64,000 bases of DNA from Eledone cirrhosa (GCA_964016885.1 OZ024743.1:44082001-44146000); one strand, 5' to 3'; shown: positions 41,547 through 54,077, numbered from the stretch's first letter. Notes: a model not told the origin generated them from the letters alone. Made by a program: numbers and translations.

Positions 41547-41803
41547 GTGTGTATATATATATTCATATATATAAAAAAATGTTTCCAAAATGTTTAAAAT
41601 TTAAGTATTAAATTACAATGTTTAAATTCTGCGTTATACATAATTGGACTAAATGGGAAGGTTGAATCCAATATATAAAATACACCTTGTGTCTAAAATA
41701 AAATGCTGATAATCAATTGCTAGTATGACTACAGGAATATTTAGCATAAAGTTAACTTAAATAATAGTCGGTGTATACATGGATGTATGTATGCGTGTAT
41801 ATG

Positions 41804-41844
<41 letters not shown>

Positions 41845-42009
41845 TTATATATATATATATATATATATAATTCCTATGCACAATACTGTGTTATGGAATA
41901 TTTTGAGGAAACTATGTTTATATACGGAAATAGAAGCTTCATGTAATATACCGGGATTCAAATGAAGAAGTAAAAATATTACGCAGTATTGATTGCAAAT
42001 TGTTATATA

Positions 42010-42480
42010 TATATATAAATATAAGAAATAGGATTTCGCTTCAAGCATAGCTTTATACAATATGTATAAGTATTTCGTATATCCAAAAAAATGCGGTTTT
42101 AGGAAGCCGTAGCTATGCAAACACCGGGGGCTAACGCCCTCTGGTTTTGTCCAGCAGAAGCAAGGGGGACAACAGTCTATGGATTTCAGGCTTAACTGGC
42201 CTTTGTCAGGACGGTCCCTCCCACCGCTTGAGACTGCTAGACTAGAATACAGGCGAGAATATTTACTTTTCTCGTCTGTGTAAATGAGGTGATTAATCTT
42301 ATTTGCATATGAAGCTGCATAAGTTGGCTCAACTTATAATAAAAAAGAAATAAGATTTCAATTCAAGCATAGTTTTATACAATATGTATAAACATTTCGT
42401 ATCTCCAAAGAAATACGGTTTTAGGAAGCCATAACTACGCAAACACAGTTGAGCCAACTTATGTAGCTTCATACGCAAGG
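42010..42480 (-). mobile_element. PLE pLTR family P4 (one copy plus a partial duplicate and a 30-bp inverted repeat)
   Basis: Homologous to 53878-54085; HHR with G8A change at 42175-42212 (GTC-CTGACAA-AGGC..GCCT-GAAA-TCCA-TA-GAC). Confidence 0.75.
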
Positions 42481-42803
42481 GGAAATCCGTCGTGTGGTGT
42501 ATGTATTGACGAACGAATAAATATTCTAAAAAGATTATGCAATAGCGATTGCCTACACACGAGGAATGAATTCTTCACACTTTGTCCACACCTCTCGAAA
42601 CACCTCTTACGTAGCTCCAAAATTCGGATTGAATTACAACAACATCCTAATTTTCTTATCACCTAGAAACTTTTCGGATTTTCGCAGTTATCTCCCTTAA
42701 ACCTCTCGCACGCATTTTAATATTGCCTGTGTGAAGAGATCGCTTCTGCGCATGCGTGTTCGTACGGTTGTCCTACCTGTTCTGCATAACCATGTCCATT
42801 ACA

Positions 42804-42837
42804 AGCTGAGGATCCGCTAAGGTGAAACAATTGTTCT
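42804..42837 (+). ncRNA. minimal type I hammerhead ribozyme
   Basis: AG-CTGAGGA-TCCGCTAAGGT-GAAA-CAATTG-TT-CT; palindromic stem III ACAATTGT; a related 3' half lies at about 47885-47905. Confidence 0.7.
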
Positions 42838-42934
42838 CCGTATGATGAACGAACTGTTGTGTAAGCACTTCTACCTAACTCGTCCCATGGACTGAGTGCT
42901 CTACCACTACGGATATTACCTTCCAGTGTTCTAC

Positions 42935-43070
<136 letters not shown>

Positions 43071-43081
43071 ATAATAATACA

Positions 43082-43275
43082 TTTTAAGACTAAAATCCCA
43101 GAGGGCTCGATAAAGATAAATATATATAAAATATATAAGAACCCTAGAGCAAATATTTATTAAAATAACAGATTAAAGTTTAAGCAAAGAATCGCTGCTT
43201 TCACCCTCAAAGAGATCTTCTGGCTGAAAGCCTCCATTTTTTGCATAAACTTTAATCTGTTATTTTAATTAATAT
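43082..43275. mobile_element. fold-back pLTR element, family P2
   Basis: Same family as 18344-18546; minus strand CAGAAGA-TCTCTTTTGAGGGT-GAAA-GCAGC; pivot near 43222. Confidence 0.75.
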
Positions 43276-43319
43276 ATATTTAAATTTATATATATATATA
43301 TATATATATATAGATATAT

Positions 43320-44250
43320 ATTTGTTTTGCGAGGTTTTTTATATGAAATCGTGTGTCGAAACAAATATTGTTATACTTTCTTTTAAGAAAATCCACTCTA
43401 CTAATAGGAAACGTATTATATGTAAAGTAAACCCCCGGATAAACTGTAAAACTAGAAATATAGTCTATAGCATAAGATGTACAGAGGGTACTTGCAGGAA
43501 TGTGACAACAACATACATAGGCGAGACAGCTCGTAGCATAGGTGAAAGGATAGACCAACACTGGGGGGAACTGAAGGAAGAAAAAACGGTTCAGTCTTAT
43601 ACGAATACGCCAGACAACAACATGACGATAACACAGACAACATAGAAATTAAAATAATATCTAAACAAAGAAATGACCCAGCAGATAGGCAAATCAGAGA
43701 GGCCAGTGAAATAGAACTTAAAAGGCCAAAGCGAAACAGAAAAAAGAATAACAACGACACCCCAAACAAACTATACAGACCTAAGAGAAATATAAATAAA
43801 TAAATATATATATACACAAGCACAATAACAACAAACACATGTAAACACACACTAGTAAACTAAGATAGAATACAATAACCACACATCAAAAAACTATACA
43901 CACACGCAAACGCATGCGCAGAGGAGAAGACAAACATAAATAAATAAATAAATAAACAGATTAAATAAAAATGGCGTAGACATACAATACAACAGGAGGA
44001 AACATAATAGCACTACTGACGATGTTGCAGATGTGCATCGCAAAAACTGTGTTAGACTATATATATGTGTTTTTGTCTATATTATATCTGTATTTTTGAC
44101 CGTTGGTCAGTCAATGGTAAACATTGAGGACCGAATAAATTAACTGATATAAAAGATACAGATGCGAAAACCAACCAAACAGTGAGTGTGTTCTGTTACT
44201 AATTCTGGCAATATTATTGCAACATGACCCTCCCCAAGTATAACAATATA
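43320..44250 (+). mobile_element. PLE 3' fragment (GIY-YIG plus pLTR) with inverted 5' cap; same family as 60795-64000
   Basis: IICKVNPRINCKTRNIVYSIRC...C...YIGETARSIGERIDQH..RQIREA; decayed HHR at 44016-44058; tail ATGACCCTCCCCAAGTATAACAAT; 43320-43380 is the inverted ORF-start sequence. Confidence 0.85.
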
Positions 44251-44267
44251 TATGTGTGTGGGGGGGG

Positions 44268-44428
44268 ATTAAACTTGGGGAGGGTGAAATTGGTGTAATA
44301 ATATTGCCAGAAATAATAACAGAACACACTCACTGTTTGGCTGGTTTTCGATTCTGTATCTTTTATATCTCCATAGTTCATCTATTTGGCAATCAACTTT
44401 TATCATTGATTTACCAAGGGTTGAAAAT

Positions 44429-44487
<59 letters not shown>

Positions 44488-44525
44488 ATCAAAGTTCTTT
44501 CGTTACACATCTGCAACATCATCAT
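44268..44525 (-). mobile_element. related pLTR in opposite orientation, with HHR motif
   Basis: Reverse-complement homology to 44016-44245; minus strand ATGATGA-T-GTTGCA(GATG)TGTAAC-GAAA-GAACTTTGA-TA-GACTA at 44482-44525. Confidence 0.75.
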
Positions 44526-45431
44526 ATATCAGGTTTTGCTTTTGTACTGCAGGGTGTCCTATATCACTGTCCTCACTAAGCAAGCTTGGTGGGGTTGCCA
44601 GTTTAGTCACCGACGACCCGACCATGCAACAGGTTGTACTGGGTTACATGTTACCAGTAGCACTCAAGAGTGACCTGACAAAGGGCGGAAGAACTCATAA
44701 GAGTCCACGGCCATCGAAAAGTGTGTAAATATGTGTATACACATATACATATGTATGTGTGCATGTGTATGCGCGGGGACATATAAATAGTCGGGATTGA
44801 TACCTGATCGCGCGGCTAAACCACTGGGAGTGAAGGACCCTTAGCATTTGTCGGGGCATTCTTCTAGGAAAAGCAACTCAGGAAACTGGCTGTTTCCGAC
44901 ACAAAACCTGCAGCTGAGTAGTTACCGATGATGTTGATATTTTCTTCTTTTCGGGTTATAGCTAAGGTCGCTCAGAGAGTGGGATTGGCTCAGTGCGCAG
45001 TCAATCCTCAATTCAAAAACAATCTTCAAGCATAGGCATTGCACGAAAGAATTAATTAATAATCATCAATAATGGTATATTGCGCAATGGCTATACTCGA
45101 TAAGGAAAGTACTCGTGATGGAAAGAGCAGAGGAAAGAGAAAAGAGTGGACCTGTTGTCGGATGAGTGAGATGGCGCTGATGCAGTTGTCAATGAAACTT
45201 TTTCTTGGTACAAATATCCCTTTAAACATTATAAAACAGATTGCCGAAGTAATGAAGTAGTTCAGTGAAGTTATGTTCAGTGGGACTGTTTACATATCAA
45301 CCAATGGATTTATATGTGTAACATACATTTGCTGACATGCATTCTTAGACGCACTCATATTATATTATATTATATATATATATATGTGTGGGGGGGGGGG
45401 GGGCGTATATGTATGTATACATATATGACTG

Positions 45432-45842
<411 letters not shown>

Positions 45843-46142
45843 TATATATATATATATACGTGTGTAAATTAATAAAAATAATGAATAAAAACTAAGAAAC
45901 AGTTCCTTATATTAACAGATTCATCATTTTACGATCGTTTCTAGGATATATATGTGTGTGTTGGTATGTATATCATATAGATCTATTTAAAAATTATGTA
46001 GATTTATCTATATATATATATATATATAAAGAATGTATATCTAGTAACATTTATATACATACAGATGCATATCAATGCTAGCAAATATATAGGTTTTGTC
46101 TTAGTAACATTGTGGTTCAATGCATGGGGTTGCAGAACAATA

Positions 46143-46535
46143 ATATGAGAGACGTAAGATAAGAAAATTATAAAATTATAAAAAGATTATTAAATTGACT
46201 TACTTACTAAAATATCACTTTCAACTAATTAGTTTCTGGAATGGAGTAAATATATTTTCCGAAGAACATATAGAAAAGCATTCCGTGGCTAGGATTTCAG
46301 TCCACGCTTCGCTATTTCCTATCCACTGAATTATTTTTTTAATAAGTTTCCAGAGTCCTCGCTATGCCTGGAAACTTACATGAAAAGAGACTTTCCTGAC
46401 GACCGAATGCTTTTCCATATGTTCTTCGGAAAATATATTTACTCCATTCCAGAAACTAATTAGTTGAAAGTGATATTTTAGTAAGTAAGTCAATTTTATA
46501 ATCTTTTTATAATTTTATAATTTTCTTATCTTACG

Positions 46536-46545
<10 letters not shown>
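46143..46545. repeat. fold-back element (about 140-bp arms, about 120-bp spacer)
   Basis: 46143-46283 is the near-perfect reverse complement of 46404-46545; right end in (TA)n. Confidence 0.88.
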
Positions 46546-46578
<33 letters not shown>

Positions 46579-46936
46579 ATAATTCACTACAATACACGTA
46601 TTTCGTTAGCTTATTGAAATACGCCACTCCTGCAAATTTCTTCGCCACTATTAACATAACGATGTGCTGTTTTTGTTGTTTTTGTTGTTGTTGTTGTGGT
46701 TGTGTGTGTGGTAGTTGTACTGGTGTATATTTGATGGTGATGATGGTTTGTGTGTAATAGTCGTGATGTGTTATGCTTTGTGTTTATTACTGGTGGAATT
46801 TGTTGACCGATGTGTTGTTGTATTTCTACACCCCTATGAAATGTGTCTATTTTTGTAATGTAAATGTTGTACTGAATTGTATATCTCCAATTTCGATTTC
46901 CTTTACTTAGTTTCAATTATATATGTGTATATATAT

Positions 46937-47700
46937 AGGAAAAGGTATGACCCCGACGACAGAGCTCAAGCCGTTTCGACGGATATTTCTGGACTAAATT
47001 ATAATTTTTAGCCTGGTGAATAAATAGCCGAACGTGTCAAGGGAGTACTTCCTTATATGGGAAGATTGTAATTGTCAAAAGGATTGGTTAAAATGTGTTG
47101 TAAACACAAATAAGTCTGTTATGGCATTTGGTGGGAGGTAGGGGTGGCTGAACTTGCCTGTACAACAATAGGGGAGTGAGTGGAGCGGTCAGGCGTTGTA
47201 AGTGATATGTATACAGCAGATTCTAAGGATAGTGTATGAAGTGGAGGAGGGAGGTTATAGAATAGGTAAATCGAATGAGAGTAGGAGACAATAAAAGATA
47301 CTAGAAAGAAATTAAAAAAATATTTAAAATTAGATAGTGAGAAATGAATAAAAAATAATCACAATGCTATCTTACATTTGCAGGTAAATAAGTTGAGAAT
47401 AGAAACAAATTGTAGAAATTACAAAACTGATACAAAATTAAAGGCGTTGAACACATCTGCTATAAGTAGTTAGTAAAACGTATTAGGCCAATTCTATCTT
47501 AAAATTATAGGGGTGGGGGAACTGATGCTCCAGAGGCCCGATGGGCTCCATCGGAGTAGGCGAAAGGGGAAAAGCAGACGAGGAAGAAAATAGGGGTGGA
47601 AGGAAGTGATAGGATGAGACAGGGGGAAGAAGACAAAGAGGAAAAGAAAAGAGATATATCTACCTATGTAAGCTGGGGTTTCCCCTAACTTATTCGGCAA
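46937..47700 (-). mobile_element. PLE 3'UTR/pLTR family P1
   Basis: Homology to 6700-6895 and 11550-11830; starts at (TA)n. Confidence 0.7.
46951..47044 (-). ncRNA. type I hammerhead with U3/A8 core and long stem II
   Basis: TCCC-TTGACAC-GTTCGGCTATTT...AAATATCCGTC-GAAA-CGGC(TTGAGCTCT)GTCG-TC-GGGG; other copies show TTGATAA. Confidence 0.65.
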
Positions 47701-47831
47701 TGGGGGGGGGCATCAGCTCTTGTCTACCCACCCGGCTCGTTATGGGGTCTGAGGGCGAGGTTGCGTAGGACTGACCTCGCCCTCAAACCCTATAACGACC
47801 CGGGTGGGTAGACAAGGGCTGATACCCCCCA
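47701..47831. repeat. GC-rich fold-back (about 58-bp arms)
   Basis: GGGGGGCATCAGCTCTTGTCTACCCACCCGG..GAGGGCGAGG / CCTCGCCCTC..CCGGGTGGGTAGACAAGGGCTGATACCCCCC, then (AT)n. Confidence 0.88.
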
Positions 47832-47994
47832 TATATATATATATAGAGAGAGAGAGAGAGTGAGAGAGAGAGCGAGAACACTGGAAGGTGAAACAATTGT
47901 TCACGGTATAGTGAACTAATTGTTGTGTTTCTACTTATATATATATATTACTGCAAAATATTAATAAATATAGACATTCATGTGATCAAATATA

Positions 47995-48056
47995 TTTTAT
48001 TATACATATTTCAGAGGTACTAAGCTATTTGAACAGTACGTCCTCATCAGATAAAA
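47995..48056 (-). ncRNA. type I hammerhead ribozyme
   Basis: TTTTAT-CTGATGA-GGACGTACT..AGTACCTCT-GAAA-TATGTA-TA-ATAAAA. Confidence 0.8.
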
Positions 48057-48127
48057 TAAGTTGATGCCTGACAAACCTTGACTATGTTGCTGGTTGTAAT
48101 TTAGTCATGGCAATTATATATATATAT

Positions 48128-48166
<39 letters not shown>

Positions 48167-48493
48167 ACATATATATATATATATATCGTGAAAATGTAAT
48201 GCCCGACGCCTGAGCTTAAACTGTTTCAACGGCATGTGGCAATTCGTCGATTTCAGCTATTTCCATAGGTTGTTTTATTAGGGGCGGGAGGGGTGTAAGT
48301 GCAGAAAAGGGGTGTAAGTGCAGAAAAGTAATTCTAAACATTCCCTCTAACATAGGAATTTCTGTGTGTGTGTTGCTCTATTTGTATGTTTATGCATTTG
48401 TGTATGCTTGAATGTATGCATTTGTATGTATATATATATATATATATATATACGATATTAAACAAATGGAAACTATATTTATAAAACCATATT

Positions 48494-48559
48494 TATTTCA
48501 TTATACATATTTCAGGGATACCATATTAAAAATATGGCATGCCTTCGTCAGATAAAATA
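48494..48559 (-). ncRNA. type I hammerhead ribozyme
   Basis: TATTTTAT-CTGACGA-AGGCATGCCATATT(TTT)AATATGGTATCCCT-GAAA-TATGTA-TA-ATGAAATA. Confidence 0.85.
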
Positions 48560-48742
48560 CAATATATAAACAGTTTTATAAATAATTTTGACGTACCCTA
48601 TTATAAGCGACCATTATATTTGGAAGCTGTCTTGATTGTGATTTGTTTATAATTATTTAGTTATAGTATTAAGCACAGTTAGAAAAAAGACGGAGAGAAA
48701 GAAAAAAAAAAGAAGAAAAAAAAAAATTTAAATAAAACTTCT

Positions 48743-48800
<58 letters not shown>

Positions 48801-48826
48801 CGAACTTTAGCTGCAGTACAGTATGT

Positions 48827-48892
<66 letters not shown>

Positions 48893-49191
48893 AGTGCGTG
48901 TTTGTGTATGTGTTTGCATGTTGTAATCCCTTATAAAGTAAGATCACAAAGCATATTGGACTGCTTGTAATGTTCGTATGCACAATCTTCTTGTTAAGGC
49001 ATTCAATGTAATTCAGATATTGACAGATAGGTTGTGTGAGAGCGATCGTATCTTTCAATAGGTATTGAATGCGTGTTCGTCCACAGAATATGAAATTAAG
49101 CAATATTCCACTCTTACATTGCTCTAGCTTCAATCAATGTATCAACTGTATCTTCTCTGACATCTTTACGTATTTTAAGTCTCAGAATAAT

Positions 49192-49243
49192 CTGATAGCT
49201 ATTTCGATGATAGCCAGTGAATAGCTATGACCTCATCAGGCAG
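49192..49243 (-). ncRNA. hammerhead motif, stem I imperfect
   Basis: CTGATGA-GGTCATAGC..GCTATCATC-GAAA-TAGCTA-TC; palindromic stem III ATAGCTAT. Confidence 0.65.
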
Positions 49244-49569
49244 TTAATCAGTTCTTAGATATGCCAGCTCTGTGTTTATAGTTTTGATGGTATCAGAGCT
49301 TTGGGACACACATATATATATACATATATATATATATAAATATATATATACGGATTAACAAATAATAGTTAAATGCAGTCCACTTAGGTGAAGTCCAGTT
49401 ATGGTATTCCAGGTAGTGGATGATATTAACGCTTGGCTTGGTTTGACTCAACAAGGCGTTTTCATAGTGATGCTGCGGGTATGCTGTAATTCCAATGTTG
49501 TAAACACTTGGAGTAATAATAAATCAGGAAAGAAGGTTTACATGGTTTGCTATACAAAACAGTTTTTAA

Positions 49570-49688
49570 TCACATTGCTTACATTTGTTTCACTGAACTG
49601 GTCTGTCTAGAGATCGCTATCCGCCTAATTTTGCGTCAATCGATCGCCAATACAGAATTATAACCAGTCAGATCTTCGGAGCATGCGA
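49570..49688 (-). ncRNA. type I hammerhead with CCGAAGA core and 81-nt domain II
   Basis: TCGCATGCT-CCGAAGA-TCTGACTGGT..60 nt..ACCAGTTCAGT-GAAA-CAAATG-TA-AGCAATGTGA. Confidence 0.8.
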
Positions 49689-50041
49689 GAATGAAGAAAA
49701 TACACAGGCAAGAAAAGAAAAGAAAATATGGAGTAGTTATGGCATTCAATTAGAACAATAACAACAACAATTATTACAACAATGCTATCAATAAACTATT
49801 TAAGGAGACCCTGACATTACTTAGGTGGGGGGTATATAATGTATCTAATGTTACGTCGTGAAAATCAGCTGTCATAAGGCAAAAAGTATCGTAGTGTGTA
49901 TCAATTTTAAATTATAAAGAAAAGCTAGTTTTTACAGTCCTTCTCTTCATCTTCAACAGTATACATGAGTGGGACCACTGTCAAAGCTCAATAGTTGTAG
50001 AGTTAATACAGAGGTTAACGAATTAATATACGCATATATCT

Positions 50042-50100
<59 letters not shown>

Positions 50101-50428
50101 AATATATATACACATATATGTGTACATAGACACATACATACACATCAATATACACTCGTACAAAAATATACATACATGCAAAGAGAAAAGCGTGCTAATT
50201 GTAGTTATGGCAAAAAGAAGGTAAAGTAACATTGTAGTAGTGAAATGAGAAAAACTAGGATCTAGGATCAAGTGATTGCAGCAGCTGAGAAGGAGTAAGA
50301 TTGTTGATAGATGAGGTATTTACAAACAATTATGTGGTATAGACTTGTGAAGGAAATAGTATACTTAATGAATATATTTCTGTGGGTAGTAGGTATCCTA
50401 ATTTAAAGCTATGTTATGTTGGTTCGAT

Positions 50429-51478
50429 TCACGGAGGTTTGAATCTTATGAATTTAGTGGCTATTCTATGTCTGCAGAAGATAGATCTTTCTAACTTATT
50501 ATTAAGTAGCCTTTTAACATTTCTAAGGATATACAATAGCTCAAGGTCACACAGCCCGCGATAGGACATCCCTGTACTATAGGTTTTAGCAGCCGACAAC
50601 TTCGACCAGTTGATAGTGTAGCTAGCGTTGCTGTCCGTCAATTCCCATATTTTTCTGGCGAGGGTGGTGGAACCCATAAGTGCTCGATTTTTCATTGAGT
50701 GCCTGTGCACATACCATCTTTTCTTAAAAGAACCCGCGGTGGATCCTATGTAATTCCAGGTGGAGTTACCCGAGATGACAGTGAACATGTACACCAGGCT
50801 CGAATCGAGACATCTGTTCGCCAATGGGCACCTATCTGGGAGGTGACAGTTGCAGTTTGAGGCGCTATTTTGTGCAGCTTTTACATTCCTATTTAGTACC
50901 CTGTTATAAGTGGGTTGTGATATATGCCCCATGGGGTTTTGCTGCTGCGCGTTTGTATGCGCTTGTGGTTGTGATTTTGTGATGAGTTTGTGCTTATGTA
51001 TAGGTGCAATTGATTTACTTGAGATATTTCTGTGGTTGATCTTGTGTATGTGTGATTCTAGGTTAGCTGCTGTTGAGAAAGAGAGTTTTATAGTAGATCA
51101 ATTGAGTATTTTGTGATATCTATGCGAGATAGGGAAGTGTTTATCTATTAGTTTAAAGAATGTAGAGGGCAGTCTAGTTTTTATAGAGGAGTTGAATATT
51201 GGGTTGAACCATAGGTATTTTCTTTGTCTGTTTCTTCTATTGTTTCTAGGGTTTACGTTATTAGTGTTTTGGCCGTTTACTCTAGGTGTTACATGTCTAA
51301 CCCTATGTCTAGTCAAGCTATTCCTATTATTATGTGAGCGGTTGGAGTAGAAATTACTAGGATTGTTTATGTTGTCCTTATTCACTATATACTGTAGTTT
51401 ATCTTTATGACCGGCCCTACTTAATGCTGCATTATAATAGTCAGCATGCTCGTTAAAGATTTCTAGGTTTGAGTATAG
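50429..51478 (-). pseudogene. Naiad-like PLE RT thumb, linker and GIY-YIG endonuclease (single frame, one TGA at 51098-51100)
   Basis: SNLEIFNEHADYYNAAL..G; RKYLWFNPIF..IKT..FFKLIDKHFP..H.YHKILN*STIKLSFS; CNC...CPL..RCL...LVY..YIGST..FKKRW..H; LC..E; LLN; CRH. Confidence 0.9.
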
Positions 51479-51584
51479 GCTCCGAAGATCTGACTGGTTA
51501 TAATTCTGTATTGGCGATCGAGTGACGCAAAATTAGGCGGATAGCGATCTCTAGACAGACCAGTTCAGTGAAACAAATGTAAGC
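51479..51584 (+). ncRNA. inverted copy of the CCGAAGA hammerhead
   Basis: GCT-CCGAAGA-TCTGACTGGT..ACCAGTTCAGT-GAAA-CAAATG-TA-AGC; the inversion junction cuts stem I. Confidence 0.75.
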
Positions 51585-51638
51585 TATGTGATTAAAAACT
51601 TTTTTGTATAGCAAACCATGTAAACCTTCTTTCCTGAT

Positions 51639-51734
<96 letters not shown>

Positions 51735-51754
51735 TATATATATATATGTATATG

Positions 51755-51810
<56 letters not shown>

Positions 51811-51834
51811 TATGTACACGTACATACATATATG

Positions 51835-52141
51835 TATACCGACGTACAGTAGTATGTATATATACATATATACATACATGCACACATATATATATATGCA
51901 CGTATGGATTCACCGAACATTTATTATAATGCTCGGTGTGTTTGTAAACAAACATCCCGTATTAAGCCGTAGTGTCTAGCAACCACCGTTGCTCGTTTGT
52001 TCAACACTGACAAAGGAACGCTGTACTAGTTTCAAGCTTGTTAGCTATCGTCAGCAACGTATACCTTCCTGCCAGATTGTTGGACGTATATACTTACCTT
52101 ATGCATATTAACGGCTGAGTAGCCCAATTTGCATATCGAGT
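51835..52141 (-). mobile_element. PLE pLTR family P3
   Basis: Homologous to 36180-36490. Confidence 0.8.
52018..52060 (-). ncRNA. minimal type I hammerhead ribozyme
   Basis: ACGTTG-CTGACGA-TAGCTAACAAGCTT-GAAA-CTAG-TA-CAGCGT; palindromic stem III ACTAGT. Confidence 0.88.
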
Positions 52142-52895
52142 GGTGGTGCTGGTGGTGCTGGTGCTTTTTACATGGTGGTGCTGGTGCTGGTGCTGGTGGT
52201 GCTGGTGGTGGTGCTGGTGGTGCTGGTGGTGGTGCTGGTGGTGGTGCTTGTGGTGTTGATGGTGGTGCTGGTGCTGGTGCTGGTGCTGGGGCTGGGGCTG
52301 GTGGTGGTGGTGGTGCTGGTACTGGTGGTGCTGGTGGTGGTGCTTGTGGTGTTGATGGTGGTGCTGGTGGTGGTGCTGGGGATGGGGGTGCTGGAGGTGG
52401 TGGTGCTGGTGTTGGTGGTGCTGGTGCTTGTGGTGTTGATGGTGGTGCTGGTGCTGCTGCAGGTGGTGGTGCTGCGGCTGGTGGTGCTGGTGGTGGTGGT
52501 GCTGATGTTGGTGTTGGTGTTGGGGATGGGATGATAGGAGATGAGCGTGGTGGTAGTAGTGATGGTGCTGGTGGTGGTGCTGGTGCTGGGGGTGGTGGTG
52601 CTGGCGATGGTGGTGGTGGTGGTGTTGGTGGTGGAGATGGGGTAGTAGGAGATGAGATTGCTCGTAGTGGTGGGATTAGCAACTGTGATGGTTTTGCTAG
52701 TGTTAGTAATGATGGTAGATGCGGTAGTGTTGATGGTAGTGGTGGTGGTGGTGGTAGTAGTGGTGGTTGTGGCAGTTGTGGGACTGGTGGTAGTGATGTT
52801 AGTAGTAGTGGTTGTTGGAATTATTGTAATGATGGTGTTGTTGGAAGTGGTGGAAGTGGTGATGTCAGTGAGGTGATGATGTTGATGTTGATGCT
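52141..52895. repeat. (GGT/GCT/GAT)n trinucleotide low-complexity tract
   Basis: Direct reading; gives spurious Gly-, Pro- and Val-rich ORFs in several frames. Confidence 0.9.
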
Positions 52896-53446
52896 GATAT
52901 CACGAGTAAATTATTTTACAATATAAGTAATTCTAATTGTAGAAATAAGGAGCTTCTGGAGTCTATTTTATTCTAAGAATGCAACTAAGTGAATGTCTTT
53001 GGGAATATAGAGCATGTCTAAAGGGCACTTATATTTGAATTCTCCGAATGTCATGTGGGTGTTTTTCATAATGATAGATGCATACCTAGAGGACACATAC
53101 ACACACACCCCCACATACACACGCAAACACACACACACACTCAGACACGCACACTCATGCAGAGACTCACGCACACACACACACATAAACACACACACCA
53201 CACACTCATGCACACACTCACGCACACACTACTGCACAGTCACGTAAATGCACTAATGCAAACGCACACGCACTCATACACGCACATAAACACATACATA
53301 TATACACGTACAGAAGAGCACAAATACAATGCATATATATACACAGAGACTTTATACATAGGCATATCGTATAAGCTTTTATATAAATATAAACCTAATA
53401 TAACTGTAATTGTGCTTCTTGTATTTTGTTAGGTTTCGTTTATTAA

Positions 53447-53504
<58 letters not shown>

Positions 53505-54037
53505 TAAATCATGTCTTTAGAATCATCAGATAATAAAATATATACTATTTCTTCATCTAATTAGCATAATTAACCATATAAAAAATCAATCAGAACAAGC
53601 TATAAGAATAAATGATCTTATGGGGAAATCTCCGACAAATAACCGAACGTAGCCTCATCGCGGCGGCCCCAGTCGAGTATTTATCCAACATTTCGACAGC
53701 ATGTAGAAACTGACTAAATATACCATCAACCATACACAATTAGTTGTAAAATTAAACTTAGAAGAAATGCGCACATACCGTAATTATATCTCTACCATGG
53801 TTTCTTCCTTATTTTGGACATCCAAATAATAGGAATGTTGGATAATAGGAATAATAGGAATATATATATATATATAAAAGGAATAGGATTTCGCTTCAAG
53901 CATAACTTTATACAATATGTATAAATATTTCGTATCTCCAAAGAAATACGGTTTTAGGAAGCCGTAGCTATGCAAACACTAGGGGGGGGGGGGGCTAACG
54001 CCCTCTGGTGATGTCCAGCAGGAGCAAGGGGGACAAA

Positions 54038-54077
54038 CGTCTATGCATTTCAGGCTTAACTGGCCATCGTCAGGACG
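54038..54077 (-). ncRNA. minimal type I hammerhead ribozyme (pLTR family P4, 53878-54085)
   Basis: CGTC-CTGACGA-TGGC(CAGTTAA)GCCT-GAAA-TGCA-TA-GACG; palindromic stem III ATGCAT. Confidence 0.88.

Larger units (their letters stand above)
49352..51642 (-). mobile_element. 5'-truncated Naiad-like PLE with inverted pLTR duplication (164-bp ITR), in (TA)n
   Basis: 49519-49682 is the reverse complement of 51479-51642; the body encodes the RT thumb and GIY-YIG. Confidence 0.92.

Noticed and set aside
51098-51100. In-frame TGA in a Naiad-like ORF as possible selenocysteine
   Set aside because: It aligns to the Arg of the N-R-x-T motif, so CGA>TGA decay is more likely. No Cys position in either Naiad EN domain is a TGA.
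52041-52926. Pro-rich, Gly-rich and Val-rich ORFs
   Set aside because: A trinucleotide repeat open in several frames on both strands, with no unique domain or splice context.
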